In this document: in pieces, positions 50,531-60,483 of the stretch
Position numbering within the stretch: the first letter of the stretch is position 1
Layout: each line of letters begins with the position of its first letter
Source of the DNA: an uncultured Holophaga sp.
GTDB taxonomy: Bacteria > Acidobacteriota > Holophagae > Holophagales > Holophagaceae
NCBI GenBank assembly: GCA_963664825.1
Contig: OY761614.1
Span: 2,688,001-2,752,000, forward strand
Length of the DNA stretch: 64,000 nucleotides
Direction: 5' to 3'
The notes under the pieces: model-generated
Database searches by the model: none
Seen by the model: the letters and a program-made list of their open reading frames with translations, nothing else
Told to the model about the DNA's origin: nothing
Translations under genes and position numbers: made by a program

Positions 50531-50652
50531 CGAAACCCCTTGTAGGCATCCACTCGGTATCCGCTGCGCGGATGCGCGAGACCCCTGTGCCCATCCCGAC
50601 GTCCCCTTCGAACACCCCGAGGTTCCGATGACGAAACCCCTTGTAGGCATCC
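50531..50652 (+). repeat. 21-bp perfect direct repeat duplicating the purE 5' end around an 80-bp hairpin insert
   Basis: CGAAACCCCTTGTAGGCATCC at 50531-50551 and 50632-50652. Confidence 0.9.
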
Positions 50653-51122
50653 TCATGGGCTCCAAGTCCGACTGGGACACGATGCGGCACACGGCCTTGA
50701 CCCTGAAGCAGCTTGGCATTCCCTGCGAGGCCCATGTGGCCAGCGCCCACCGCACACCCGAGAAGGTGATCGAATTCTGCAGGGGCGCCGAAGGCCGGGG
50801 GATGAAGGTGATCATCGCCGCCGCCGGAGGCGCAGCCCATCTGGCTGGCGTCTGCGCCGGTCAGACCCACCTGCCCGTGCTGGGCGTGCCCATGAAGGGC
50901 TGGGCCACCGAAGGCATGGACGCCCTGTTGGCCACGGTCCAGATGCCCACGGGCATTCCCGTTGGGACCCTGGCCATCGGCAAGGCCGGCGCCATCAACG
51001 CCGCCCTGCTGGCCGCCTCCATCCTGGCCCTGGGCGATCCCGCCCTCCGGGAGGCCTACCTGGCTTTCCGCCAGGCCCAGACCCAGAGGGCCCTGGCCGA
51101 CGACGATCTCGTGCTGCCCTGA
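50628..51122 (+). CDS. purE: N5-CAIR mutase
   Basis: MGSKSDW, SAHRTP, AGGAAHL, VQMP.GIPV. Confidence 0.97.
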   Translation: MTKPLVGILMGSKSDWDTMRHTALTLKQLGIPCEAHVASAHRTPEKVIEFCRGAEGRGMKVIIAAAGGAAHLAGVCAGQTHLPVLGVPMKGWATEGMDALLATVQMPTGIPVGTLAIGKAGAINAALLAASILALGDPALREAYLAFRQAQTQRALADDDLVLP

Positions 51123-51126
51123 GGGT

Positions 51127-52614
51127 TCAGCCCTTGGCGCCGAAGAGATGCTTGGTCCGCTCCTTGACGCCTTCCCAGAAACCGGATTCCTTCGCCTTGG
51201 CGGCCCCTTTGGGCGCGCGTCGGAGGGTGATATGCCTCGGGGGGAGATGCTCCCGGGTCACGGTCATGGTCCAGGTCTCGAAGCCGCTCTTGCGCACCAG
51301 GAGCCTGTGGGCGCCTTCCCCTGGCACCTGCAGCTCGCCCAGGGGCGTGAGGCCCTTGAACGCGCCGTTCAGGAGGACCTCGGCCCCGGGCGGATCGCTG
51401 GCGATCACCAGATTCAGGGGCTCGGGGAACAGGTTCAGCTCCAGTGAGCGGTCCTCCCTGCGGAGGCCGTGCTCCAGGCTCTGGTAGCCGGGCTTCTCCA
51501 GGCGCAAGATCCGGCCCTTCCGGGGAATCCGGAGATCCCGAAAGGGCGAACGGCCCAACTCCACATCATCCAGGAAGACCCGGGCCCCTGGGGGAGAGGT
51601 GGTCACGCTGAGGCGCCGGAGGCTGAAGAACCCCTTGTACCAGGCTCCTCCCAGCAGCAGGGCCAGTATCGCGATGCCCAGGAGCAAGGCTCTGCCCGCA
51701 GGGAAAGGCCGGGAGCCTTTTCCTGCGGGGGCCGGAGCAGAGGTGCCCAGGCACGAGGTCTCGGGCATTTCCAGGAGGGCCAAGCATTGGTTTCGGGCCT
51801 CGGGTTCGAGGGGGAGCGCCTCCAGGAGTTCCCGGTAGAAGCTCCGGAGATCGGGATGGCGATCCTCGGGCCGCTTCTGGAAAGCCCGGCTGAAGGTCGC
51901 CCCCAGGCGGGAGTCCATGTGGGACGGGAAGAGCGGAGCCTCGTGGGCGATCTGGTAGAGCAGGCCACTCAGGGATTCCGAACGGAAGGGCAGTTCCCCG
52001 GTCAGGCAATTGAAGGCCGTGACCGCAAAGGCCCAGCGGTCCGAACCCTCGCCGGGGACCTGGTGATCCAGCAGTTCAGGCGCCGCGAAGCTGGGCGTGC
52101 ACATGAGGGTCGAAGTCATGGGGGAAATCTGGCTCGCCCGGGAGATGCCAAAATCCATGAGCTTGAGGCTCCCGGCCCGGCTCACCAAGAAATTCTCCGG
52201 CTTGATATCCCGGTGAGTGATGCCCGCCCCATGGGCGGCCTCCAACGCATGGAGCCCCTGGACCAGGAGTCGCATCGCGCGTCCGGCGGGCAGGGGGCCC
52301 CGGCGGATCTCTTCGGAAAGGGATTCCCCTTCCACGTATTCCATGGCCATGAAGGGGCCCGAATCCGGTGCCTCGCCTACATCGAAGATGGTGACGACGC
52401 CGGGATGATTGAGCTTGGCCGAGATCTGAGCCTCCAGGCGGAACTTGGCCAGGGCATCCTCCCGGATGGCCATATCGCCCCGCACCACCTTGATGGCCAC
52501 CCCCCGTTGGAGCAGGGGATCCTCGGCGAGGTAGACCACGCCCATGGCTCCATGGCCCAATTCGCCGAGCACCTTGAAACGGCCGATGGTCGTGGGATCC
52601 AGGCTCATAGTCAC
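51127..52614 (-). CDS. Ser/Thr protein kinase with TM and PEGA domains
   Basis: LGHGAMG, HRDIKPEN, DFG, APE; two S.PPGA.V PEGA repeats. Confidence 0.92.
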   Translation of the reverse strand: MTMSLDPTTIGRFKVLGELGHGAMGVVYLAEDPLLQRGVAIKVVRGDMAIREDALAKFRLEAQISAKLNHPGVVTIFDVGEAPDSGPFMAMEYVEGESLSEEIRRGPLPAGRAMRLLVQGLHALEAAHGAGITHRDIKPENFLVSRAGSLKLMDFGISRASQISPMTSTLMCTPSFAAPELLDHQVPGEGSDRWAFAVTAFNCLTGELPFRSESLSGLLYQIAHEAPLFPSHMDSRLGATFSRAFQKRPEDRHPDLRSFYRELLEALPLEPEARNQCLALLEMPETSCLGTSAPAPAGKGSRPFPAGRALLLGIAILALLLGGAWYKGFFSLRRLSVTTSPPGARVFLDDVELGRSPFRDLRIPRKGRILRLEKPGYQSLEHGLRREDRSLELNLFPEPLNLVIASDPPGAEVLLNGAFKGLTPLGELQVPGEGAHRLLVRKSGFETWTMTVTREHLPPRHITLRRAPKGAAKAKESGFWEGVKERTKHLFGAKG

Positions 52615-52701
52615 ATTCTATTGTGCCAGACTTGGCCCCCTTCGTTCATTCCAAGCCCGGGTCTATGCCCCTTGAGTCCCCGTTTCCGCTAGGCTTTTCC
52701 C

Positions 52702-53847
52702 ATGCTTGAGATCGGATTTCCCTCCCGCCGCCCCGCCCAGATCCGTCGCCTGGGTCGCGTCTTCTACGAGGCGGGACTGCGCATGCAGAGGTCCCTGGCC
52801 CTGGGTGTGCGGGAGGGGCGGCTCCCCGATCAGATCCTGCTGCTGGAGCACCCCCCCATCTTCACCCTGGGGCGCAATGCCACCCGGCAGGATATTCATG
52901 TGGACGAAGCCTTCCTGGAAACCCAAGGAGTCGGAGTCTTCGAGACCGATCGCGGCGGGCAGGTGACCTACCATGGACCCGGCCAGCTGGTGGCCTATCC
53001 CATCTGCAATCTGGGGGAGGGCCGCAAGGACCTGACCCGTTTCGTGCGGGGCCTGGAGGAATGCATGATCCGCACTGCCCTGGATTTCGGGGTGGTCGCC
53101 GAGCGGCTCCAGGGTTTCCCGGGGGTCTGGGTGAATACGCCCCGGGGCTGGGAAAAGCTCGGTGCCCTGGGCATCCATCTCAAACACTGGGTCTCGACCC
53201 ACGGCATCGCCTTCAATGTCCGGTCCAACCTGCAGCACTTTAGCTGGATCACCCCCTGCGGTATCGCGGACAAGGGCGTGTGCAGTCTGGCCTCCCTCAT
53301 CGGCGAGGCCGCGCCCACCTGGGATCAGGCCGCGGAGCGGATGGAACAGCACTTCCAAGATGTCTTCGGCTTCGAGGCCCTGCCCGTGGCCGCCCCCTCC
53401 CGCAGCGTCTGCGCGCTCACTTGGCGGCGCGGTCCGGAGGGTCCCGAGATCCTGATGATGCTCCGTCAGCCGGAACAGGGCCTCTGGTGGTCCAGCGTGA
53501 CGGGCATGGTGGAGCCCGGGGAGAGCCTGGAAGAGGCCGCCCACCGGGAACTGCGGGAGGAGACGGGTCTCTCAGGGGTCCTGCGTCCCCTGGATTTCTC
53601 GCACACCTTCTGGGTGGATCCCGCCATCCTGGGCCTGCCCGAGGGCGAACCGCGCTTCAATATCGAGGCCTGCTACCACATGGAAGTGCCCCTCGGCGCC
53701 GAGGTCCAGCTCTTCCAGGGAGAGCATAGCGAATACCGGTGGTGCAGCCTCAGGGAAGCCCAGGGCCTCATGGGTTGGGACGGCTCCCGGGAGGCCCTGA
53801 AGCGCCTCGCGCAGCTCCTGGAAGCCAAACGTGGAAGTCAAAAATGA
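52702..53847 (+). CDS. lipB: Lipoyl(octanoyl) transferase LipB fused to a NUDIX hydrolase
   Basis: LEHPPIFTLG, RGGQVTYHGPGQ, ITPCG; NUDIX box GMVEPGESLEEAAHRELREETG. Confidence 0.93.
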   Translation: MLEIGFPSRRPAQIRRLGRVFYEAGLRMQRSLALGVREGRLPDQILLLEHPPIFTLGRNATRQDIHVDEAFLETQGVGVFETDRGGQVTYHGPGQLVAYPICNLGEGRKDLTRFVRGLEECMIRTALDFGVVAERLQGFPGVWVNTPRGWEKLGALGIHLKHWVSTHGIAFNVRSNLQHFSWITPCGIADKGVCSLASLIGEAAPTWDQAAERMEQHFQDVFGFEALPVAAPSRSVCALTWRRGPEGPEILMMLRQPEQGLWWSSVTGMVEPGESLEEAAHRELREETGLSGVLRPLDFSHTFWVDPAILGLPEGEPRFNIEACYHMEVPLGAEVQLFQGEHSEYRWCSLREAQGLMGWDGSREALKRLAQLLEAKRGSQK

Positions 53848-53948
53848 AAACCACCGCGAAGGATACGGAGAAGAACTGAAAGAGCCAGGATCTTCTCCAG
53901 TTCCTGTACCCGCATTCCTCCGTGGATCCTTTTGAAGCGTGAGCCCGA

Positions 53949-54719
53949 TCAGGGGTATTGGCTCAAGTGCCCGAAGGCGTAGCCCTTGGCACGGAGCTTC
54001 TCGATCAGCTCCTTCAATTCGGTCTCTTCCCAGACCTTGCGGAACATCTCGTCGTGGCAGAGGAGCACGAGATGGCCTTCGGTGACCGTGCGCTTCTCCG
54101 AGAGACGGCGCTCGATGAGGTAGAGCATATCGCCCACGGTCTGCACGGGCGCCCCCGTGTGGGAGTCGTGGGTCCACTCCAGATCCCAGCCGAAGATCCT
54201 GAATCCCGCGGCGAAGAGCTTATCGGCGCAGGCCGAACCGCTCTTCACGTCATCGGAATGGCGCCCCTTGATCCGCCACATGTTCCGGCCCGGAAGGCGG
54301 GCCAGCTGGGTCTGCAGGTGGAGGGCCTTCTGGCAGCGGAGGAAATCCTGAAGCAGGAGCTCCGGTAAATCATAGAACGCATGGTAGCCCTCGGCGGCGT
54401 GGGTGTAGCTATGGTTGCCCACTTCGATCCAGGGGTTGGTCTCGTAGAGCTGGCAGTACGACTTCAACCGTGGATTGGCCATCGCCTGCATGCCCACCAC
54501 GAAGACATTGATCTTGATCTGCTCCCTGCGCACGGCGTCGTCGATATCTTCCGAACCGTTCAAGGGGCCGTCGTCGAAGGTCAGGTAGATCGTGGCCGTG
54601 GGCTGGGCTTTGGGGATGGGCGCCGGCGGCGGGGCCCCGGGCAGTACAAAGACCAGCGCCAGGGATAGGAGAAGGCCGCGACCATATTGGGACACTGAAG
54701 CTCCCGCAAGAAGGACCAT
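53949..54719 (-). CDS. Polysaccharide deacetylase
   Basis: LTFDDGP, GNHSYTH, RLPG, LCHD. Confidence 0.9.
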   Translation of the reverse strand: MVLLAGASVSQYGRGLLLSLALVFVLPGAPPPAPIPKAQPTATIYLTFDDGPLNGSEDIDDAVRREQIKINVFVVGMQAMANPRLKSYCQLYETNPWIEVGNHSYTHAAEGYHAFYDLPELLLQDFLRCQKALHLQTQLARLPGRNMWRIKGRHSDDVKSGSACADKLFAAGFRIFGWDLEWTHDSHTGAPVQTVGDMLYLIERRLSEKRTVTEGHLVLLCHDEMFRKVWEETELKELIEKLRAKGYAFGHLSQYP

Positions 54720-54746
54720 CCTATCCTGGCGCTGGGCGCGAGGTTC

Positions 54747-55751
54747 CTAAAGTGAGTTCTTGACCTTGCGCAGTGTCTGCAGGGCTCCGGCGAGGCCTTC
54801 GTGGAGGGGCTTGATCTCTTCAGCCTTCCACTGGGCCTTGGGCTTGCGCACGAAGCTGGTCTTGTCCTGGCGGTTATCGAAGCGGGCGGCGGGCAGGTAG
54901 TACACCTTCGTCACGAAGCGCTCGCCTTCGGCCACGACGCGCTCCACCTTGACGGTGTCGGGCTTATCGGACTGCTCCATGAGCCAGGCCATATCGTCGG
55001 TGCCGTAGTGGGCCAGCATCACTTCCATGGGCACGCTGTGGTTCAGGATGCTGCCCTGGGCGTTGGGCAGGCCGCGTTCGATGTTCTTGCGGCGGCTCTC
55101 GCAGGGGTCCACCCACACGTAGAGGATGGAGGACTTCTCCAGGATCTGCGGGCTGAGCTGTTGGAAGGCGCTCCAGTAGCCGTGGGGCGGGCAGATGGGG
55201 AAGGCGCTGCCATTGGGTCCACCGCGGGCGCACTCGATGACGATGGTCTTGCCCGTGCGGTCCTGACTGCACGTGGCGTTGAGCACGTCCAACTCGTGCC
55301 GGGCCTCGGCCTCGATGGCTTCGGCCACCTTCCGGCGGATGCCGTAGGGGACCTGGCCCATGGATTCGGGCAGGCCCACCTTGGCGCAGGCGGCGTCCAT
55401 GCGGTCCATGAGGGCCTGGGCGGGGCTGAGGGGATTGAAGGTGCGGCGGTGCACGAGGTTGTCGTAATCCTCGTTGAGCAACTCGATGAGGACGGCCCAG
55501 GTCCAATCGTCCTGGAAGGGGCGGGTGGGGCCCTTGTAGTAGACGTCGTGCCAGCCGTTGGCCCTCAGCTCGTCATCGATGCGATGCATCATGTGGACGT
55601 AGGGATAGTCGTCCAGCTGGACCGTGGGCCCCATGGCCATCTCCTGGACACACTGCTCCGGCGTCAGGCTGGACATGTAGGTGCGGGTCTCGGATTTGCC
55701 CGAGGCCGGCAGGGAGAAGATGAGGACGGTATCGAGGATCTGGGTGGCCAT
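54747..55751 (-). CDS. Hypothetical protein with a P-loop-like N-terminus
   Basis: AAGGA RBS, FSLPASGKSE; strong host codon bias. Confidence 0.8.
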   Translation of the reverse strand: MATQILDTVLIFSLPASGKSETRTYMSSLTPEQCVQEMAMGPTVQLDDYPYVHMMHRIDDELRANGWHDVYYKGPTRPFQDDWTWAVLIELLNEDYDNLVHRRTFNPLSPAQALMDRMDAACAKVGLPESMGQVPYGIRRKVAEAIEAEARHELDVLNATCSQDRTGKTIVIECARGGPNGSAFPICPPHGYWSAFQQLSPQILEKSSILYVWVDPCESRRKNIERGLPNAQGSILNHSVPMEVMLAHYGTDDMAWLMEQSDKPDTVKVERVVAEGERFVTKVYYLPAARFDNRQDKTSFVRKPKAQWKAEEIKPLHEGLAGALQTLRKVKNSL

Positions 55752-55916
55752 CTGTTCCTTTCTCAATATGCAACGCTCCAGCTTCCCATGGGAGTCCATG
55801 GAGGACAGCATGGAATTTTCAGTACCGATCAAAAAAATGTCTATTGCGGCCCTCGGCCCAGACAGGGCGTCTGTTCGGCCTTCTGGGCCCGGGTTGCCGC
55901 TATTCTGAAGGGTCCG

Positions 55917-57656
55917 ATGCGAGACCGCGAACTCGTCCAGCGCGTGAAAGACGCGACCGATCTGGTGGCCCTGGTGGGCCAGGCGGTGAAGCTGCGCAAG
56001 CAGGGCAGTGCCTGGGTGGGGCTCTGTCCCTTCCATTCGGAGCGCAGCCCCAGCTTCCAGGTGGTGGGGGACCGCGGCTTCTACCACTGCTTCGGATGCG
56101 CCAAGCACGGAGATGCCTTCACCTGGCTGCAGGAGCGGGAGGGCCTGACCTTCCCCGAGGCCCTCGAACAGCTGGCCCGGCAGGCCGGGATCGAAATGCC
56201 CAAGGTGCGTGAGCGCTCGGCTTCCGAGATGGATCTGGAAGAGCGGATGCGCGCCGCCCTGGATTCGGCTCAGGCCTACTATCAGGCCCGGCTCCGGGAA
56301 ACGCCCAAGGCCCTCGAATACCTGAACAAGCGCGGCATCCGGGAATCCTTCATTTCGGAGGCGGGCTTCGGCTTCGCGCCGGAGGGATGGGAGAACCTCG
56401 TGGGGCACCTGCGCAAGGCGGGCTTCTCCAACGAGCTCATCGAACAGACGGGGCTGGCGGGGCGCAGCGAGCGCGGCACCCTCATCGATTTCCTCCGCAA
56501 CCGCCTCACCATCCCCATCCACGATGGCCGGGGACGCCTCATCGCCTTCGGTGGGCGGGCCTTCGGCGAGGACAAGCCCAAGTATCTGAACACCCGCGAG
56601 ACGCCCCTCTTCAGTAAGGGCTCCGTGCTCTTCGGGTTCAATCGGGCCAAGGGCGGCTTCAAGGAGGGGGCCCTGGTGGTGGAGGGCTACTTCGATGTGC
56701 TCCAGCTCCATCAGGACGGCGTGAACCAGGCCGTGGCCCCCCTGGGTACGGCGCTCACCGAGAACCATCTCCAGATGCTGCACCGCTTCACCAAGCGGCT
56801 GGTGCTCTGCTTCGACGGGGACGCCGCGGGCATTCGGGCCATGGAGAAGGGCTTGAGGCTGGCGTTGCCCGCGGGCTTCGACGTGAGGCTCCTGCTGCTG
56901 CCCATGGGCGAGGATCCCGACACCTGGTGTCTGAAACTGGGGGCCGAGGCCTTCCGGGAATTAGTGCGGAACGCGCCGGACTGGACGAGCTTCGTCATCA
57001 ACCGGGCCCTCGATGGCAAGGATGTGCGGCGCATTCCCGACCGCATGGCCGCCCTGCGGGAGCTGGCGGAATTCCTGGGTTTCCTGCCCAATACGCCGGA
57101 ACGTCGGGAACTCTTCGCGAGCCTGTCCCACCAGCTCCAGATCCCCCTCTCGGAGTTCGATCATGCGGTGAAGAGCCGGACCCTGGTTCCGGAGCGACCC
57201 TCGGAGGAACCCTCCCCCAGTGCTGTGGTGGAGATCGATGATCTGCTCCGCCCCTTCCTGGCCCTCTGCATGGATCCGGGGGTGCGCGCGAGGATGAGTG
57301 AGCTGCCCTTCGCCTGGTGGGAGAGCCTCACCGGAGCGCCCCTGTTGCAGTGCCTGTTGGATGCCGAGGGCGAGGATGACCGCATCCCGGAAGGTGCCCT
57401 GGCCGCCATTCGCCATGCCCAGGCAGCCTGGGCATCCAAGGACGAATCGGAACTCGCCCCGGAGGGCGCCATCCAAAATCTGGAAGCGGCCTACGTGCAG
57501 CGTGAGATCCAGGCCCTTACGCGCCAAATTCAAGCTCCGGCCACGTTGGCCGATCCAATTTACCTAGGGCAGATCCAATCACGGCTTTCCGGGCTGCTCT
57601 CCCGTAAGTCCGAACTCAAAAAACAGCAGCGCCGGCGGCGCTTCGCTTCCCTTTAA
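55917..57656 (+). CDS. dnaG: DNA primase
   Basis: CPFH..CFGC, KYLN, VEGYFDV, CFDGDAAG, EDPD; start ATG 55917. Confidence 0.97.
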   Translation: MRDRELVQRVKDATDLVALVGQAVKLRKQGSAWVGLCPFHSERSPSFQVVGDRGFYHCFGCAKHGDAFTWLQEREGLTFPEALEQLARQAGIEMPKVRERSASEMDLEERMRAALDSAQAYYQARLRETPKALEYLNKRGIRESFISEAGFGFAPEGWENLVGHLRKAGFSNELIEQTGLAGRSERGTLIDFLRNRLTIPIHDGRGRLIAFGGRAFGEDKPKYLNTRETPLFSKGSVLFGFNRAKGGFKEGALVVEGYFDVLQLHQDGVNQAVAPLGTALTENHLQMLHRFTKRLVLCFDGDAAGIRAMEKGLRLALPAGFDVRLLLLPMGEDPDTWCLKLGAEAFRELVRNAPDWTSFVINRALDGKDVRRIPDRMAALRELAEFLGFLPNTPERRELFASLSHQLQIPLSEFDHAVKSRTLVPERPSEEPSPSAVVEIDDLLRPFLALCMDPGVRARMSELPFAWWESLTGAPLLQCLLDAEGEDDRIPEGALAAIRHAQAAWASKDESELAPEGAIQNLEAAYVQREIQALTRQIQAPATLADPIYLGQIQSRLSGLLSRKSELKKQQRRRRFASL

Positions 57657-57833
57657 ATCCAACGCTGCCCATTCAAAAACGCAATGGCCCTTGCGGGATT
57701 TTGGAAGCCTCCTATACTGAAAGGTTCCGGGCGCCTTTGGCATAATGGGATTTTCTAGCCCTTCGGCCGACTCCCGATTTCCGCCCATGCCTTCCCTCCC
57801 CTAGGATCGCCCGATCCGTGGCTCTTTGAGGTC

Positions 57834-59549
57834 TTGATGGTCCCCACCCCATCCCGTGACAGTTATTTCCAGCTCACGAAAGCGCTCATCTCCCTCGGCA
57901 GGACCCGCGGCTTCATCCTGGTCGACGAGCTCAATGCGTTCCTCCCGGCCTCCGCATCCTCCCCTGAGGATGTTGAAAATGTCATCGGTATGTTCGCCAA
58001 GCTCGGTCTGGGCGTGGGTGCCACCGAAGCGGAGGCCCTGGCCAACCGGGAAATGATGGAGCCCGAGGCTCTGATTTCCGAGGCCCCGGTCAAGGTCGAC
58101 AAGGAATCCGAGGTCGATATCGATTCGCCGGATACGGACAAGTTCAATGATCCCGTGCGGATGTACCTCAAGGAGATGGGCACAGTGCCCCTCCTCAAGC
58201 GCGAGGACGAAGTCGAGATTGCCAAGCGCATCGAGACGGGCGTCCGACGGGTCATGCGTGCCCTCTCCCGCTCCCGCCTGGCTGTGAGCCTCCTTATCGA
58301 TATCGGCAGGATGCTCAAAGACAACCCCGGCAAGATCCGCGAGGTGGTGGGTCTCTCCGATGAGGTGGATGAGGACGAGGATGCCGAGAGCACCTCGGCC
58401 ACTCAGCATGTGCATCACCAGTTCGAGAAGCTGCTGGGCTACGAACAGGCCCTCCAGGATCTGATCGAGCTCAAGAACAGCGGCAAGACGCTGCCCAAGA
58501 AGCGGAAGATCGATCGGGAGATCCTCCTGGGGCGCGGCCGCGTGGCCCGTCAGGTGCGCCGCCTGGGCCTCAATAGCCTGGCTGTCACCCGCCTCATCGA
58601 CAAGATCACCCAGAACCACAAACAGGTCCGGGAAGGGGAGCGGCGCCTGCGCGAATTGGCCGATCGCCTGAAGAACCCGGCCTTCGCCAGCCTGAAGGAA
58701 AAATACGAAAAGGAGATCACTCAGATTGAATCCGAACTGGCCCGCTTCTTCGCCAAGTTCGAGACCAAGACCGAGTGGTTCCACGACGACTATGGTGCCC
58801 TCAAGGACGCGGAGAGCATTAGCCGCTCGGCCAAGGCCGAACTCACCGAGGCCAATCTCCGCCTCGTGGTCTCCATCGCCAAGCGCTACACCAACCGCGG
58901 CCTGCAGTTCCTGGATCTCATCCAGGAGGGCAATATCGGTTTGATGAAGGCCGTCGACAAGTTCGAATACAGCCGCGGCTTCAAGTTCTCGACCTACGCC
59001 ACCTGGTGGATCCGCCAGGCCATCACCCGCGCCATCGCCGATCAGGCCCGGACGATCCGCATCCCCGTGCATATGATCGAGACCATCAATAAGCTCATCC
59101 GCACACAGCGCGAACTGGTGCAGAAGCTGGGCCGCGAACCCTCCAGCGAGGAGATTGCCCACGCCATGGAGATGCCCGTCTCCAAGGTGCGCAAGGTGAT
59201 GAAGATCGCCCAGGAGCCCATCAGCCTGGAGACCCCCATCGGCGAGGAGGAGGATAGCCACCTCGGTGACTTCATCGAGGACAAGACCGTCACCTCCCCC
59301 GTGGAGCAGGTGGTCCAGCAGCGCCTCAAGGAGACCGTCAATTCCGTGCTCCAGACCCTCACCGAGCGCGAGGAGAAGGTCCTGCGCATGCGCTTCGGCG
59401 TGGGCGATGAGGCCAGCGAACACACCCTGGAAGAGGTCGGCAGCGAGTTCGCCGTCACCCGGGAGCGCATCCGCCAGATCGAGTCCAAGGCGCTGAGAAA
59501 AATTCGGCATCCGCGTTACAGCAAAACCCTGAAAGCATTCCTGGGCTAA
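57834..59549 (+). CDS. rpoD: RNA polymerase primary sigma factor
   Basis: [46 protein letters not shown]. Confidence 0.98.
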   Translation: MMVPTPSRDSYFQLTKALISLGRTRGFILVDELNAFLPASASSPEDVENVIGMFAKLGLGVGATEAEALANREMMEPEALISEAPVKVDKESEVDIDSPDTDKFNDPVRMYLKEMGTVPLLKREDEVEIAKRIETGVRRVMRALSRSRLAVSLLIDIGRMLKDNPGKIREVVGLSDEVDEDEDAESTSATQHVHHQFEKLLGYEQALQDLIELKNSGKTLPKKRKIDREILLGRGRVARQVRRLGLNSLAVTRLIDKITQNHKQVREGERRLRELADRLKNPAFASLKEKYEKEITQIESELARFFAKFETKTEWFHDDYGALKDAESISRSAKAELTEANLRLVVSIAKRYTNRGLQFLDLIQEGNIGLMKAVDKFEYSRGFKFSTYATWWIRQAITRAIADQARTIRIPVHMIETINKLIRTQRELVQKLGREPSSEEIAHAMEMPVSKVRKVMKIAQEPISLETPIGEEEDSHLGDFIEDKTVTSPVEQVVQQRLKETVNSVLQTLTEREEKVLRMRFGVGDEASEHTLEEVGSEFAVTRERIRQIESKALRKIRHPRYSKTLKAFLG

Positions 59550-59554
59550 CCAGC

Positions 59555-59740
59555 GGGCGCAGCGCCCAAGTGGGTCGGCGGATTTGTGAGCCCGAAGCAG
59601 GAGCGGAGGCTCCATCTCCGCGAGCTATAGCGAGTGGGAGGGCGCACTGCGCCGGATAGATGGAGGGCCACAGGCCGAAGGCCTGCCGAACCGGCGAGGC
59701 CCAAGAGGGGCCAAGTGAGCATCCGAAGGATGCGAACAGG
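59555..59740. repeat. Cluster of short hairpins downstream of rpoD
   Basis: GGGC-GCAGC-GCCC, GCGAGCTATAGCGAG, CAGGCC-GAA-GGCCTG, GCATCC-GAA-GGATGC. Confidence 0.55.
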
Positions 59741-59832
59741 ATCCGCTCTCTGCTATTCCGAGTCCTCCGCAGCCAACATTGAACCCCTTGTCCTTTCCGA
59801 TCATCCTGGAATTGAGCATCCCAGGAGATTCC

Positions 59833-60420
59833 ATGCGCTTGCCCCTTCTTCTCGCCCTGGGCCTCGTGGCCCCGCACGTCTTTGCCCAGGCGCCCGATAC
59901 GTTGGAGGGGGTCTTCACGGTGGGCGCCGCGGTGCCCCTTGGCGCCTGGTCGGACCAGGTCCAGGGCAGCGTACAGGCGGGCATCGGCGGACGCTACCAT
60001 CTGGGCGCCATCTCCCTGGGGGCCGAGCTTTTCATCGCCCAGGGCCATTCGAAGCGCCTGGCCTCTTCTGGTGAGGATGGGGACCTGAGCACCGTGGGCC
60101 TCGTGCCCCAGCTTTTCGTGCCCCTCTACACGGGAAGCCAATGGCAGGGCTACGCCCTCGTGGGTGTCGGTCTAGCCCATGTCTGGGCCACCGACGGATA
60201 CCGGACGGATCTCGTGCCCACGGCCGACGGCCCTCAGGCCAGCACCTATGGAGGCTCGACGACCTGGCACACCACCCGGCCCGTGGGCATGGCCGGAGTC
60301 GGATTGCTGCGCCATTCCAAGGCCGGGAGGCGCATCGGCCTCGAGGCGCGGTGGCAGCGCGTGGCCACTCCGGGGATCCGGTCAGACACCCTCTCCACCT
60401 GCCTTGTCCTGACCTGGTAG
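59833..60420 (+). CDS. Outer-membrane beta-barrel-like protein
   Basis: Signal peptide, amphipathic strands, terminal Trp. Confidence 0.7.
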   Translation: MRLPLLLALGLVAPHVFAQAPDTLEGVFTVGAAVPLGAWSDQVQGSVQAGIGGRYHLGAISLGAELFIAQGHSKRLASSGEDGDLSTVGLVPQLFVPLYTGSQWQGYALVGVGLAHVWATDGYRTDLVPTADGPQASTYGGSTTWHTTRPVGMAGVGLLRHSKAGRRIGLEARWQRVATPGIRSDTLSTCLVLTW

Positions 60421-60483
60421 GCCTCCTCCTGATTTTTTATCGCCGCCTCGACCTCCCCCTGGGGCCCGATTCGCGGCATCCTG

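Noticed and set aside
54801..55916. 951-aa primase with a long N-terminal extension (and the 678-aa minus ORF)
   Set aside because: The extensions are antisense shadows of the divergent neighbour; real starts are 55917 (+) and 55751 (-)
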